Positions 27,747 through 47,597 of a stretch of 64,000 nucleotides of DNA are shown here, piece by piece. The DNA is taken from assembly GCF_009914755.1 (NCBI RefSeq), contig NC_060935.1. One strand, 5' to 3'. How positions within the stretch are numbered: the stretch's first letter is position 1; every line of letters starts with the position of its first letter. The stretch comes from the human T2T-CHM13v2.0 reference genome, Homo sapiens. Below the pieces are notes generated by a model. That model saw nothing but the letters and a program-made list of their open reading frames with translations. It was not told where the DNA came from and ran no database searches. A program made the position numbers and the translations under genes.

Positions 27747-30464
27747 GTGTACAGGTTGCCTTGATTTTGACCATTGTTGTATAAGTGAAAGCTTAATTAA
27801 TAATGAATTTTAGTGAATCAGTTTAATCCATAGCCATTTTATTCATTGTAAATAATATTGATATTTTATTTTTTTCCTTTAAAAATTGCCATTTTGTAAC
27901 ACAGAGACTCATGCAGCCTGTGTATTAATCATGACATGTACATGTTAAACTTGTCTGAAACAGACGTTTGTCCCCGACCTCCTAGATAGCCACATATACT
28001 AAGATGCAACAAATGAGTATTTGGTCAAAAATAGTCTCAGTGATCCTGAGAGCTTGCTTTCTTTGAGGTGAGGTGGCATTTTTTTAGTATAGAGAGACAA
28101 AATATCAAAATTAATTATTAATCCATGAAATACCAACACCAACCTCTACCAGTCAACATTATTGATCTTTGAACTGTCAATATCCATCTGTCCTCCATAT
28201 TAATGTTTGATTCAATTCTATTTTTAATTACAGCAGATACTATTATACAGAATTTAGTTGAAATGTGTAAACAAATAACATGAAAATAGCCATGAAAATT
28301 TCTAATCTTGAAATTGGTGGGGATCAACAGAAGAAAATCCAAGTTAAAGGACTTTAATGTTGAGTTGTGGAAGTGGCAGAAACAATTTAAAAAAATGCAG
28401 TCTTCACTGAATAAAATAATTTAAAATAAAATCAATCAATATCATAATAAAAATATATGTTTTGGTGTACAATGAATAGTCATAAAGAAACCTGACATAG
28501 ATTAAGTATTCCTTTTGCTTCAAAGACATGCAGAATATAACGATAAACTTTTTTCAGTGCCTTAAACACGTGGTAGGTGCTAAATAATGATAAAATGAAT
28601 TAATAAAAGGTTAGTTAACAAAAGTGGTAATTTTCTCCTTTTGTCTTTCCTGAGGTCAATTATTGACTGTTAAACAGTAACTGAATATAAATCACCAGAC
28701 TACAGTATTATAGATTTCATTTATTCTCTTTATTTCTGTTCATTTAAAAGAGATCCAATTACATAAACAGATTTTCAAGATGTAAAGCTAGTTATGGGAA
28801 ATAAAGGAACTAAGAGCATACAGAATTTTCTGTTGTTTTATTACTTATAAAGAGGGATTAGGGACATGGGCTAAATGAAATACCAAACATGGACTAGATA
28901 TTGAAAAAATAGACCTCCTTTGAATGAGGGCTAAACTGGGAAGATAATTTAGCTAGTCTTTCTTGACAGTGTTCCATTCACCCAGAGAATAGTTGTTGTT
29001 AAATATAGAAAGGCTTTAATTAAAAATCCTGTGGAAGAATCTTTTTTTTTTTTTGATTTCTTTCAGATCTCTCTCACAATCTTAAAATGATTAAGTTAAT
29101 TAACTGGAGTAGCACACTCTTATGTGAATCATTGTTTCCAAAACTCAAACAGACACAATGAGTATTGCATTTCTTATTACTGGCAAAGTGTGAAAAGTGA
29201 TACAGATCATCTTCATTTTGTAGGTTATGATTCAACATGCCCCAAATAATGTGTCCTCCAGGAAATATAATTTGATTGAACTTTGTGTATGGAAAGTAGA
29301 GTCCAACTCACCAACTCACTCAGTTTGTGTGGGGATGTGGTGGGGAAATAAGGAAATATCATTTCAGCAACAAAGAAGACTTATTTAAACATATAATTCA
29401 CAGTTATGCTATGATCTTTTCCAATTATATCTAGTATTTATGAATCCTTGCTAAGAAATTGTGTTCTGTTATTATGAGCTTGGTAAAAATATAGATATGG
29501 ATTTGAACAAGTGGTGTTTGGATTACATATAAGCAAAACATTTCATTTTGTGCTTCAGTTATGAATAGGTTGTTCATTAACTAAGAAGAATCACTCTCAG
29601 GGTCTTCAGGGCATATATTTCCTACCAATGGAAAAGGTTGTCAGAACATTTTGATAATAAAAGAGCAGATGATAAAACAATCCTAATAACCACTTATTCC
29701 CCTTATGCCTTTAAATCAACTTAGTTTAAGGAGGTGGATCAATGTCTGTTAGGACAGGGAACAATCAACATTGAATAAATTTTCCTGTATGAATAAATTT
29801 CGAGGAATATGTCTTGCCATATATGTATGAAAAAATATATATACATTTCTATTTATATATATATTTTTTTTCCTTTTTTTATTTCTGTGTACCTTTCTCA
29901 TGCCTTTTGTCTTTTTCTCTTCTTTATTCATTTCTGTGTTTCATACTTTCACACAATATGAGGCACTCTACTGAGCAAATTATGTAACTAGTGTGTGAAT
30001 GCAGGTTAAAAAGTGGAGGCAGGTTTATGGATACAGGGCAAAAAGCTGGTCACCAAACTTTAGTAGACTTCAATTCATTGAGAGTTGACTTATGCCAGGT
30101 ACTGTGCTGGAAAATAATAAAGGAAAGCCTGTGTTCTAGCTGAATATGTGTTTTACAGGATTCTCCATATTCTCATGTGCCTGTGTTCAATGAAATTTTC
30201 TTCCATGGGATACTGATAGCCATTTCCTAAGTTGTTATTCAGCCATCATTTATCCCGGAGGCCTTGTCTAGTTCCATCAGTCTATGTTAGATTACCCTAC
30301 CATAAGCTTATTTGTAATTTATTTACTTGTTAATACCATATATCTTACTTTTGATCTACTCTTATATTATGTGAGAAAAAAATCTCTTCATATGCCTCTA
30401 TGCTACCTGAGTCTGTATTTTCATAGGTGTCTCAGAGCAGATTGTTTTCCTACACTCAGAGTTT

Positions 30465-30486
30465 TGTGTGTGTGTGTGTGTGTGTG
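30465..30486. repeat. (TG)n microsatellite
   Basis: Direct reading. Confidence 0.9.
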
Positions 30487-31475
30487 GTAAAGCTGCTTTT
30501 ATTACTCTGTTAAAACTGTATATGGAAATTTTTAGCATAAGCAAATAAATTCATTTAATATAAGGAAGATATTTTCTTCTGTCATTAATACATAATCATG
30601 ATTTCTAAATATTAACCACATTTACACTGTATTAAAATAATGCATAAAATATTTGTATGCAATTTTGAAATTGTGGGATTACCATTAAGAATAAATATAA
30701 ATCTATGTTAATTCTGGGGGGCATTTTGTAGTATTTTACATTCAAAAGAACATTGACTATTATATAAAAATCTATGCTCCTACTAAAAGCCTAAAAAATA
30801 GTATAATAGAGGAATAAAGCCTACTCCTCTTCTCAGCTTGAACTATAATGAGAATTTTTGTTTTGCTTTGTTTCATATTCCTCTCTAGGATCATGGATTA
30901 AAACTTACTACTCTGAGCCATGGCCCTCAAATTGAGCAATTTTGTAAGCATCTAACCAAAAATTTGACGTGTCAATAAAAGATTCTACTACAATACAAGT
31001 CCATTATACAACCATTCAACAGACTTCATGAATAGTTAAGAGTATTATAAATACTCGTTAAGATTAATCAAAATTAGGAAATACTGTACATTTAATGTGA
31101 ACATAAATGCATTACTATAAAGTATTTTCGAAAGTGTAATGGTGAATTAAAATTTATATCATATTTACATATTTCTTTTATACAACATTTTCTTTTGTTT
31201 CATATTTGGTGAGCCTTTATTTTTCTTCTGCTTTGAGATAGTCCTTCCTTCTTAAGTGTGTGAGTATAGGAAGCAAAATAGTAGTAAGCTATATTGATAG
31301 TATGTAAAATAAATATAGGAAAGGTTTACATTTTATTTGTTAGATTCCTGCCAAGTATTTTAAGTGCAGGGTATATAAAAATAATGTTTTAAGTTATGAA
31401 AAACACCTTGATATTGGCTCATTTAATTACACTGTAAATTCTTCTCTGAAGGCAAGTATGGTATTTTATATTTTC

Positions 31476-33341
31476 TTTTTTTTATTATTATACTTTAAGT
31501 TCTGGGGTACATGTGCAGAACGTGCAGGTTTGTTACATAGGTATACATGTGCCATGGTGGTTTGCTGTGCCCATCAACCCATCATCTACATTAGGTATTT
31601 CTCCTAATGATACCCCTCCCCTAACCCCCACCCCCCAACAGGCCCCGGTGTGTGATGTTCCCCTCCCTGTGTCCATGTATTCTCATTGTTCAGCTCCCAC
31701 TTATGAGTGAGAACATGCAGTGTTTGATTTTCTGTTCTTGTGTTAGTTTGCTGAGAATGATGGTTTCCAGCTTCGGCCATGTCCCTGCAAAGGACATGAA
31801 CTCATCCTTTTTTATGGCTACATAGTATTCCGTGGTGTATATGTGCCACATCTTCTTTATTGAGTCTATCATTGATGGGCATTTGGGTTGGTTCCAAGTC
31901 TTTGCTATTGTTAATAGTGCTGCAATAAACATACGTGTGCATGTGTCTTTATGGTAGAATGATTTATAATCCTTTGCCTATATACCCAGTAATGGAATTG
32001 TTGGATCAAAAGGTATTTCCGGACCTAGATCCTTGATAAATCACCATACTGTCTTCCACAATGATTGAACTAATTTACACTCCCACAAACAGTGTAAAAG
32101 CGTTCCTATTTCTCCACATCCTCTCCTGCATCTGTTGTTTCCTGACTGTTTAATGATCACCATTCTAACTGGCATGAGATGGTATCTCATTGTGGTTTTG
32201 ATTTGTGTTTCTCTAATGACCAGTGATGATGAGCATTTTTTCATATGTTTGTTGGCTGCATAAATGTCTTCTTTTGAGAAGTGTCTGTTCATATCCTTTG
32301 CCCACATTTTGATGGGGTTGTTTGTTTTTTCTTGTAAATTTGTTTAAGTTCTTTGTAGATTCTGGATATTGGCTCTTTGTCAGGTGGATAGATTTCACAA
32401 TTTTTCTCCCATTCTGTTCACTCTGATGATAGTTTTTTTGTTGCTGTTGTTGTGCAGAAGCTCTTTAGTTTAATTAGATTCCATTTGTCAATTTTGTCTT
32501 TTGTTGCCATTGCTTTTGGTGTTTTAGTCATGAGGTATTTGCCCATGCCTATTGACAGAATGCTATTGCCTAGGTTTTCTTCTAGGGTTTTTATGGTTTT
32601 AGGTCTAACACTTAAGTCTTTAATCCATCATGAGTTAATTTTTTGTAAGGTGTATGTAAGGGGTCCAGTTTCAGTTTTCTGCATACGGATAGCCAATTTT
32701 CCCAGCACCATTTATTAAATAGGGAATCTTTTCCCATTGCTTGTTTTTGTCAGGTTTGTCAAAAATCAGATGGTTGTAGATGTGTGGTGTTATTTCTGAG
32801 GCCTCTGTTCTGTTCCATTAGTCTATATATCTGTTTTGGTACCAGTACCATGCTCTTTTGGTTATTGTAGCCTTGTAGTATTAAAGTCAGGTAGCATGAT
32901 GCCTCCAGCTTTGTTCTTTTTCCTTAGGATTTTGTTGGCTATGCATGCTCCTTTTTGGTTCCATATGAAATTTAAAGTTGTTTTTTCTAATTTTGTGAAG
33001 AAAGTCAATGGTAGCTTGATGGGGATAGCATTGAATCTACAAATTACTTTGGGCAGTATGGCCATTTTCACAATATTGATTCTTCCTATTAATGAGCATG
33101 AAATGTTTTTCCATTTATTTGTGTCCTCTCTTATTTCCTTTAGTAGTGGTTTGTAGTTCTCCTTGAAGAGGTCCTTCACATCCCTTGTAAGTTGTATCCC
33201 TAGGTATTTTATTCTCTTCCTAGCAGTTGTGAATGGGAGTTCACTCATGATTAGGCTTCCTGTTTGTCTGTTATTGGTGTATAGGAATGCCTGTGATTTT
33301 TGCATATTGATTTTGTATCCTGAGACTTTGCTGAAGTTGCC
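31476..33341 (-). mobile_element. 5'-truncated L1PA (L1PA7-like)
   Basis: 3'UTR 'ttctggggtacatgtgcagaacgtgcagg'; ORF2 fragments 31690, 32041, 32862; approximate TSD 'tta(t/c)attttcttt'. Confidence 0.92.
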
Positions 33342-33409
33342 TGTATTACATTTTCTTTGAAAATATGTTTATTTGAGATTTTCCTCAAAATGTTTTCCTC
33401 TTTAACAAG

Positions 33410-33775
33410 TGTTTTAGTATGTTTGGACTACTATAACAAAATACCATAAAGTGAGTGGCTTATAAACAACAGAAATTTATCTCTGACAGTCTAGAGGCTA
33501 GGAAGTCCAAGATCAAGTTGTTGGCAGATTCTGTGTCTGGTGAGAGTCAACTTCCTGGTTAGTTGACAGCACCTTCTTGACTTTGTCTTCTTGTGGAAGA
33601 AGGAGAGATGGGTCTCTCTTGAGCTTCGTTTATAAGGACACTAATCCCATTACCAGAGGTCTGCCCTTATGACTTAATCATCTCCCAAAGACCCCCCTTC
33701 TCCTAATATCATCATCTTGGGGACTACAATTTCAACATTTAAATTGTGGATAGCACACACATTCAGACTATGGCA
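33410..33775 (-). mobile_element. MLT1A-like MaLR solo LTR
   Basis: 'ctataacaaaataccataaagtgagtggcttataaacaacagaaatttat...aagtccaagatcaag...attcagactatggca'. Confidence 0.8.
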
Positions 33776-34773
33776 AAGTTTACAGATTTGTCATATGGGT
33801 CATGGCCTTAAATTAACAGAATGTAATTGAATAAAACACAAAAGCATGTAAATCTACTATATCAAGAGTCCAGACAAATCTATTTTTTTAACTTAACATG
33901 TTTTTGAAAATATTTTTTATAACTACATTACACTTAGAATTACTACCTGCCTATTTTGAGTGATGTCTTTTCCATTGAGGGTCACAGGTCAGTTCATACA
34001 GAGGTAAGGGATCTATAATGTCAGAAAGAAAGTGAAATAATCTCACATTTCAACAACTCTGAATGGCCTGTTCTAATTCACTCGGCCCATTTAATCCCTT
34101 AAGAATAATAAATGATTGCAACAAAACTGTTTTTTATTGACTATATGTTTGCAGAAGGTGAGAAAGTAGAAGGGAAGACAAAACTGAATAATTTTTCCAA
34201 ACCATAAACTGTAGAATAGTAATACTGTCTATAAGGCCCTCGCAAAGTTCTGGGGCATCTTCTTGATGTTTGCAGATAGATATCTCCATGATTTGTAGTG
34301 TTTTCATGTTGGTATGCAATGTATGTGACATCAACCTTCCATTCATGTAATGATTCCTTTAATACCTTCCTTAAGTAACTCCCCTCCATCCTGCTCCTGT
34401 GCTAGGCTCCTATAACTCCTATGGCATCCACTGTAAAGCAAGGAGTTAGATGTTGCTGCCAGAGGACAAATAAAATCAGAACCGATTTTATTCTTCGGTT
34501 TTGTGTTTAATTTTACCTAAATCAATGGTTTTAGTCTCCTTTGCCCTTACACATTGGACAAAGTTTAAAATATAAAGTTGTTCCACATTTTAAATTTTGC
34601 TCACATAATTAATCTGTAACAAATCGAAACCTCCTATCAGGTCACTTCCCTCTGCTTTTCCTAATCTCTGTAGTATGTGGGGTTTTGTTTGTTTTGTTTT
34701 GTTGCTTTTTTCCAGGCTGTCTACTATCCTGGAAATTTACAAGACTCTATTAGTGCAGTTTGCTCAAAGCCCC

Positions 34774-34900
34774 TGCTCTTCTAATCCGGCAAGGCGCCCA
34801 TTGCCGCTCCTGATTGGGCTAGAGGCTCATGATTGTTGATGTGTGGCTAAGTGCCTGGGTTCATCCTAATTGAGCTGAACACTAGTCGCTGGGTTCCATG
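34774..34900 (+). mobile_element. Isolated internal U5 fragment of LTR17 (HERV-W)
   Basis: About 83% identical (hand count ~20 mismatches in 120 bp) to 38022-38146 in the solo LTR. Confidence 0.85.
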
Positions 34901-35069
34901 ACATTTAAGCAATAGTACAGGCTAAAACTCTCCTCTAAAGAAAATTTGAGTCTCAACAGAAATGAACAAAGGCTAAAGGAGATAATATTGGTAGAAAGAA
35001 AATATTTGTCAAGGTGGAGCTCCATTGATTGGTTTAGTATTCAAGTACACAGCAGACAACAGAGGCAAC

Positions 35070-36220
35070 ACTTAAAGTTTTCTCTGAAGGTTTCCTGAAG
35101 GGACTGCTCACAGAAGTGCATACAAGGTCTCAGGTTAAAGTTAGACACACACTGTTGTAATCAAGTGAAAGAGAACCAACAGGCAGTGTGAAGTGGATAA
35201 TAGCAGGAATCATCAAGACTTCATTACCACATCTAGAACTAAAGGAAAAGGGATGTGAGAACACAGTAAATGTAGAAAAGAGAGAAATTATGGAAAATAA
35301 GTCATCACGCATTAGACACACAGACACTGTCAAACCCACAGTAAATCAAGAAGGAAACGGCAGGGACAGAGCATGCGAATCATTGTGTCAATATTTCTCT
35401 CTCTCCACTTCTGATATCCTGCCAGTCTTTCCCTTTGACTGCTTGCATCCAGAGGGTGATGGAGCCCAGATAATGCAAAGTATAGAAGTTAGAGCAAGTT
35501 AGAGAGGTTGGTAAATAAATATGCAGTGTAAACAGAGAAAAAGTAGTGTATCTAATCCTGTTTTGCCAGTCAGCATACATTTATGTCCTTTACTTGGGAG
35601 AAGAAACTACCAGTTCTTCTGTCCTCCAAACAAGGAAACATGAAGTCCCATCAGCAACCACAATTATGATGGGATGATGTCAATTCAGTCACAGTTACAG
35701 CTAGAATTTAAATGATAAAATGAAATGCCACAAATACTTTTCATATAAAATTACAGAAAAATCATTCAAATGAATAATGGCAACAACAAAATTATAGCTG
35801 CTCTGATTCTTCATCTCTAGCAGGACATTAGGCTGAATTAGATCATCAGCTTCTTTTTTCCACTACTCATTTAACTTTACTCTTACCTATTGCAGGTTGG
35901 CTTCATAACTTTCTTAGTAGGACGTCACAAATCATCGTTAATCCTACACCTAGTTGTGTTGTCTCTTTGGGGGAACTGTAGACCCCATTGACAATTATTG
36001 TTTAGAAATAAATATACTACAATATGGCCAGTGGATCCTGTATGTTCCAGCCATACTTCTCCTTGCCAGTACTGTAGAGCTGTGACTCCATTGGGTAATA
36101 AAAATAAATTGTTGCAGCCTGTACAATAACACTTTCAATGTGTCTTGTTTCAACTAACATGAAGGGACCAAAACACTTTACATTCCACTCCATGCTGGAC
36201 ACAGATTCAATTCTAAGCCT
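35070..36220 (-). mobile_element. Ancient ERVL-class remnant (LTR plus internal segment including dUTPase-like region)
   Basis: ORF 36017..36202 'ATIYFYYPMESQLYSTGKEKYGWNIQDPLAIL' resembles ERVL 'IDPDYQGEIGLLLHNGGKEEYVWNTGDPLG'; LTR-like sequence at ~35070-35540. Confidence 0.5.
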
Positions 36221-37640
36221 AGAATATTTTTTGCTTGAAATTCATATCATTTCTGTGTCTTCAATACCAAATATCTAATAACTATACCAACTGTGTGAGG
36301 CACTTCTGCTCTAGCTTCTCTTATGAAACTAGAGTTTTTTCACTTATTGTCATTCCAAATAGTAATTTATGATTTCATCTGAGACTTTTGATAGCATGTA
36401 AGAAATTAATTAACTTAGCATATAATATTATTTGTCAAGAATTATTTTATAAATTAGAATGGTTCATACTAGATAGTCATAAATTATTAATACATGGTGG
36501 GTGAATTAGTAGTGTGTGTGTATATTATATATACATACATATAATGCAGTCATAATATGTGAAAGAAGCTGTGTATTTTATAACGCTTAGGATCCAGGAA
36601 CATTTTACATCATATGACTAAAACAGTGTTGCATTAATTATATTATTTTCTTGCATAATGTATAATATTGATATCCTTTTGTTTAATAATAAAACTGCAA
36701 TGCAAAAATGGCAAATTAATTCTCATGGCCATAATGGCCATAACACTTACAAATGGCAGAATAGTGACTTGAAGTTAGAACAGCTCATTTCAAGTTTTAT
36801 TTTACTTTTAAAACAGTAAAAAGTTTTCTATCTACAGTGATGTTGATTGTTATTTCCTTAAGCCCTACACACAATAAAACTTTACAATTCAAAGGGAATT
36901 TTATTTAAAAGTTAATTTAATTTTACTTGCAAAGTGATTTGGACATTTAGAAAGAGAACTTGAGGCGAATAAACTTGAGTATCATGTCAGACTGGGGGTC
37001 TTTAATTGCTTTCATTCTACACAAAGGAACCTGAAATTTCCTGGAAGTAGAACTTTAATAGTTAGGAGATGCTCTATAAAAAATTGCCAAAGCTATAAAT
37101 GGCAATACAGATGTGAGTCAATAAAGAAACAAACAATGATTTAAAACTGTATTTTAAAAACTGTATTTAGAGAAAATTGTTGAGTATTACAGCCACTTTT
37201 TTTGGAATAACTTTCATATACCCAATTCTTTTGGAAATTACAGCTGAGAAAATTGTATCAGTGTGAACCTATTTTATCCAGTTTTAAATGAGCATTGTAA
37301 AAATTAACATTTGGAAAAAAGGGCATTCTATGAAATTATTTGAATCTGCATCAGATAGGCTGTTGAAAAGCAACCTGATGTTTGAATCACTCTCCAGGCT
37401 GTATGGAATAATCAAATGCTATTTATATCCAAAAGAGCACACTCAAACAGACTGATAATAATAGTTTACTTTATTCAAGTGAGCTGTGTTTCTTCATTTA
37501 TTTTCTTGTCTATCAGCAGTTATGCTCTCTCAAAGTACCTGTACTACCTCACTGGCAGGATAACTCAGAATGTAAATGTGGATAAATTACCAAGATACTG
37601 CCACTTACCCCAAAATTTGAGGTGTTCAGAGAACTAATAT

Positions 37641-39028
<1,388 letters not shown>

Positions 39029-39270
39029 GATCTGATGGTTTTATAAGAGGGAGTTTTCCTGCATAAATTCTCTCTTGTCTGCCACCAAGTAAGATGTGCC
39101 TTTTGCCTTCCACCATAATTGTGAGGCCTCCCCAGCCACATGGAACTGAGAGTCCATTAAATCTCCTTTTTTTAAAAAATTACCCAGTCTTGGGTATGTC
39201 TTTATCAGCATCATGAGAATGGACTGATACAATTTTCCTTATTAATAAGATAGGACATTTTATGTCTATT

Positions 39271-39870
39271 TGTATTAGGGAGGGTACAGTCAGAAGACAG
39301 AACTACTCCATAATTTAAGAAAAATTAATATAAAGTAGTATTAAGTAGTATCAAGTCATTAATTCCTAGGAAGTAAAAATAAATATATGACAAGAATAGC
39401 AGAGACAGAGGGCAGCCAACACTGTGATGGCTGAGGCAGAGGGCCCAAGAGAGAAACAAACGTCCAGAGGACCACCCTTGATAAATAAACAGCTTGTTGG
39501 ATAGAATGTGCCCACTGAATAGTGGAGAAGTTTAGGAAGATCCAAAAAAAGTGGGCCTGGCAAGCAGCAAACCGCTCATTGTGATGCCAGAGGAACTCAA
39601 TGAGACACTGCCTGCTGGAAATGGGTGATACAAGATGCTCCACACACCACTGGCTACTGAATTATGCAGCCCCTAGAAGAGAGGAGCACATTTGAGGTAG
39701 TAAGACAAACCCTTTTCTTCTTCAATGTTTCCTCTTTACCCTTTAATAACAAAGCACAATATTGTGCCATCCGGCAAAGGAGAACCGTTTATAAGGTCCA
39801 GGTCTGGTATCACAAAGCCAAGAAAAGGAGGTCAAATTTGGATCAAAGAATAAATTGGTAACTAGCTCTC
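39271..39870. mobile_element. Probable ancient ERVL-type LTR
   Basis: Begins 'tgtattagggagggtacagtcagaagacagaac'; family not resolvable by eye. Confidence 0.35.
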
Positions 39871-40826
39871 CATCTCAAAAGGATGTTTTTATAAATCAAA
39901 GATAATAAGAGACTTTGAAAATTACAAGGATAGTTATAAATGTAAGATGGCATTATCTGTCTGCCATTCAACTGCAAAGTCTCTGTAGCGTACAATGTAC
40001 TGCTTTTTGTTTGATATGGCCAGAGTATATCAGAAATATACTTGTCACTTTATTTTAATTCATTTAATCATTCATTTGTCCTTCAATTCAAAAAATAGCT
40101 ATTGATCAACAACTGTATTACATTTATTGTCATTCATAAACCAGCACATTTACTAATCTCTTAATTCAACATACTTTTTGACTCCAACTATTTGCAATCA
40201 TTGTTCTGAACACTGAGTGCCCATTAATGAATAGAATAATTATTTTTTTAAATCTATATCTCATGGTCATAAGAAGCTGAATTTCTGACTGAGGTTGGAA
40301 CAAGGGTAAAAGAGAAAAATAAATAAGTAATTGATCAGAGCTAAGTGAAACAGAAAAACTGAGCAAGGAAAGGGAATAGAAATTTGAAAGAAGCCACAGA
40401 TATATTTGTAGGAGGAATAATGTAGACACTTGGGAGAGGAATATGTTTAATATATGAGAAAAAGCAAGGAGTGCCCTATGGTATGGTTTGTGGAGGGAGA
40501 GTGATAACATTTGATGTCAGTGAGATCTTGGAGATGATATCATGGAGGGCCATTCAGGCCATTAGAGCTTTTTAAATTCCCTTTGAACACGCCATTAAAA
40601 TGTTCTGAACCAAGGGTGATGTTAGTTGTATTCTAAAGCAGTAACTTCAACGGATGTATTGAGAACAGACTAATAAGAAACATGTAAAAATGGAAAGAAC
40701 AGTTAGAAGGCTATTATAATAATCCAGGTAAAATATGCCAGAGAATTGGACTAAGCCAATAAGAAGGTCATTTATAAGCTTTTTTTTCATTATTATTATT
40801 TTATTTTTAAGAGATGGTATCTCAGG

Positions 40827-42089
<1,263 letters not shown>

Positions 42090-42279
42090 GAGAGACAGAT
42101 GGAATCTCAGGGCCTCATTCTATCACCCAGGCTGGAGTGCAATGGCAGGATCATAACTCACTGCAGCTTCCATCTCCTGGGCACAAGAAATCTTCTTTCC
42201 TCAGCCTCCTGAGTCACTAGGATTGCAGGCACAGGGCAACATGTCTAATTTATAAGTATTTTTAAAAGTATCTTGTGTT

Positions 42280-42592
<313 letters not shown>

Positions 42593-43399
42593 GTATCTTG
42601 TGTTATGTAATATTTATCTTGACTTTATTAATGAAGGTTTTAAGTGTACCTATAAGATAATTTTGGTCAACATGTTAAGTAAACATTCAAAACTTATTCA
42701 AAAAAATGCTAGCTTTCAAATAGTAAATTTTATAGGGGAATAGTGTCTTTCTTCAAACAAGTTTTGAACATTGTTTTTTTGTTTCTTTCCATAAACGACT
42801 TTAGCATTTAAAAACATTAGAATACTAATTTATAAAGTTCATTTAAATCAAGATTATATTTTATGTTATAACATTGTGTTATATGTGACAGACACATCAC
42901 AAATTAGTTCATACAAAAAGGGGCAAGGATATTGACATACATAATATAAATTTCCAGGGGGAGAACCAACTTCAAGCTCAGTTGGATTCAAAGTAGCAAG
43001 GATGTCATGAAATTTTTATTTTCAACTTTGTATTTATGTTTCTTTACATTGCCTTTTTCTCTATCAACTTTTTCTCAAGTGCACTTATCTAGAGTTGTGA
43101 CAAAGATGTCTACTACCTCTTACTTCTCACTACCTTTATAAGCAAGGTAAAAAGTGAGTACTTCTTCCTCAACAATTCTAGCAAAATTTTTAGAATCAAT
43201 TTAGATTGTCCTCATTTCACCATTACTACCAAATAATAATATAACTATAGAGATATAATTCTTATTGACCAGTTCTAGATCAACTTCAACATCAAGCAGA
43301 CTGGGGGGAGGCTCAACCTCAGCAAAACCAAATAAACTGAAAAGTGGATCCGAAAATGAATGCTGCATATATAGTAAACTAATGTCAGTTATGGATGCC

Positions 43400-43832
43400 T
43401 GTTACTGAGCAAATGAGATAGCTGAACAATGTGCATAGAAGCCAATACTGTAGCACTAGCTGTGGAGAAGAGAAAGGTTTCATTGTGAGACTGGCCAGCA
43501 GGGAGACAGGAGATATGGCTCAAATCTGTCTCCCTGATTTTGGGTCTAGCACAAGTTTTAAGGGGTCAGAGGGCAAGGGAAAGGATTTAGAAATGTTGGC
43601 TTGGGAGGATGTGATTGGAAGGCTTCAAATTTGATCATTTACAGTAAAGTGTGTTGAGGTGAATTTCTTGGGGAGGTTACCTAGTTTCTGGATGTTGTTA
43701 GATGTCAAAGCTTTTTCTATTGTACATGCCCAGGCTACAAGACTTGCAATTTTGGCTGTTATACCTAGAAGATAACTTGACATTCTTTTAGCAATAAAGT
43801 TTGGCCGGTTTTGGTTGGTGCTGTGATTGCAC
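43400..43832. mobile_element. Probable ERV1-class solo LTR
   Basis: TG..CA bounded ('tgttactgagc'...'gattgcaca'); 'gggagacaggag...gctcaaatctgtctccc' LTR-like motif. Confidence 0.45.
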
Positions 43833-45410
43833 AACTTAATTTTATATACAAGGAAGCAGAGGGCCAGAAAGATGAAGAGATTTGCCTTAGATCACAAAGT
43901 GAGTTTACTTACAGAAGGTAGATGATGTCATTACATTTATGCCATTAAGCTTTTCATTATCCCAATGTGTCTGTCATAGAGATTTTTTAAACACCTAATA
44001 TCACAATAAAACCATTCAGTTTTGGGAAGGAAATGTAATAATTTATGATCAATGCTTTTAGAACAATTAAAAGTCAGTTAAAAGAGTAAGATTATGTTCG
44101 ATCTCAATATTCAGTAGGAGTATTATGTTTGACTTATGTTTGATTCAATACTCAAAATAGAAGGAAATTAATTACTTTAATAAAAATATTTTTGTGTCTT
44201 AAAAATCATCTGAAATTTATTTCAAAAACATGTATTAGAAAATGTTTATAAATATGTAACTATAAATCATTGTCATTAATCTTAAACACAGTCTTATACC
44301 CAAATTATTTTTTCTATTTATATGCATCTAATTTTCTTATCAGAAATAAAATGTGTCAACACTATTGAGTTACACATAAATGATTTACTTTGTACAGATA
44401 TTTTTAAAACTTGCATGAGTGAGACTGTCCCAAAATCTAATAAGGATAACTTTGTAAAAAATTATAGAGTGATCTTATCTACGTGTACTGATGCAGAAAT
44501 CTTAAATATTATCAAATAGTATATAGTTTATCAGCAATATTTAAATGTAAGTATTTTAACATACTTAAAGAAAAAGCAAATCATGTTCCTGGAAGAGATG
44601 GTTAAATATTGATGTTTATTAATTTCTTCAGCTTTCTTAGTCAACATAACACAATATAAATTCAATCAGAATAATATTTTATTAATTTAATAACAAAACA
44701 TAAAATCAAATTGAAAAATAGATTAAAAAGAAGCCGAAAAATGAAACAAAACAAAATTTAAAAAAATATACTAGCCTCAATGTAATTTTTAATTAAAGAA
44801 TAGAGAAGCAGCAAAACAATTTGTTGATGATACTAAAAGAAGTATAGACGTATGTATTAGGATACAGATTCTTGAAATACCCAAATTTACATGGAAAATT
44901 AACAGAAAATTGGTAAAAAGAATAAAAACTCTAAAAAGGAAAAAATGTAATAAGTGTTCTAGTGTAGCTGGATAAGGTGGGGAAGGTAATTTAGAGCTAC
45001 AATTTCTGCCCCATTCAAAAGAAGATTTAGGTGGGTTTGAAGAATAAGTATTTTTAACATATAGAGACAGTTAATCAAGGTGGATAGATGACAGGTAGAT
45101 AGCTGTAGAGATATTCTACAGCAGAATTTTTTAAATTGAAATATTGTATACTGGTCCTAATTGGTGCTACAGAATGAAAAAATCACTGGGGAAATGCTTT
45201 GAAAATACTACTATAACTCTCAGAAATTCACAGCGTACTACAACATACTAAAGAAGAGGAGAATACAAATACAAATACAAATATTTAGTTTTGTTTATCC
45301 TCTCACAACATATTTATAGTACACTTTTTCATTACATTTATCTTGTTTTGTTGCAAGTATCAAGAAAAACAATATTTGAGAAATATTAAACTAGAAGTAC
45401 AATCACAGTT

Positions 45411-47597
<2,187 letters not shown>

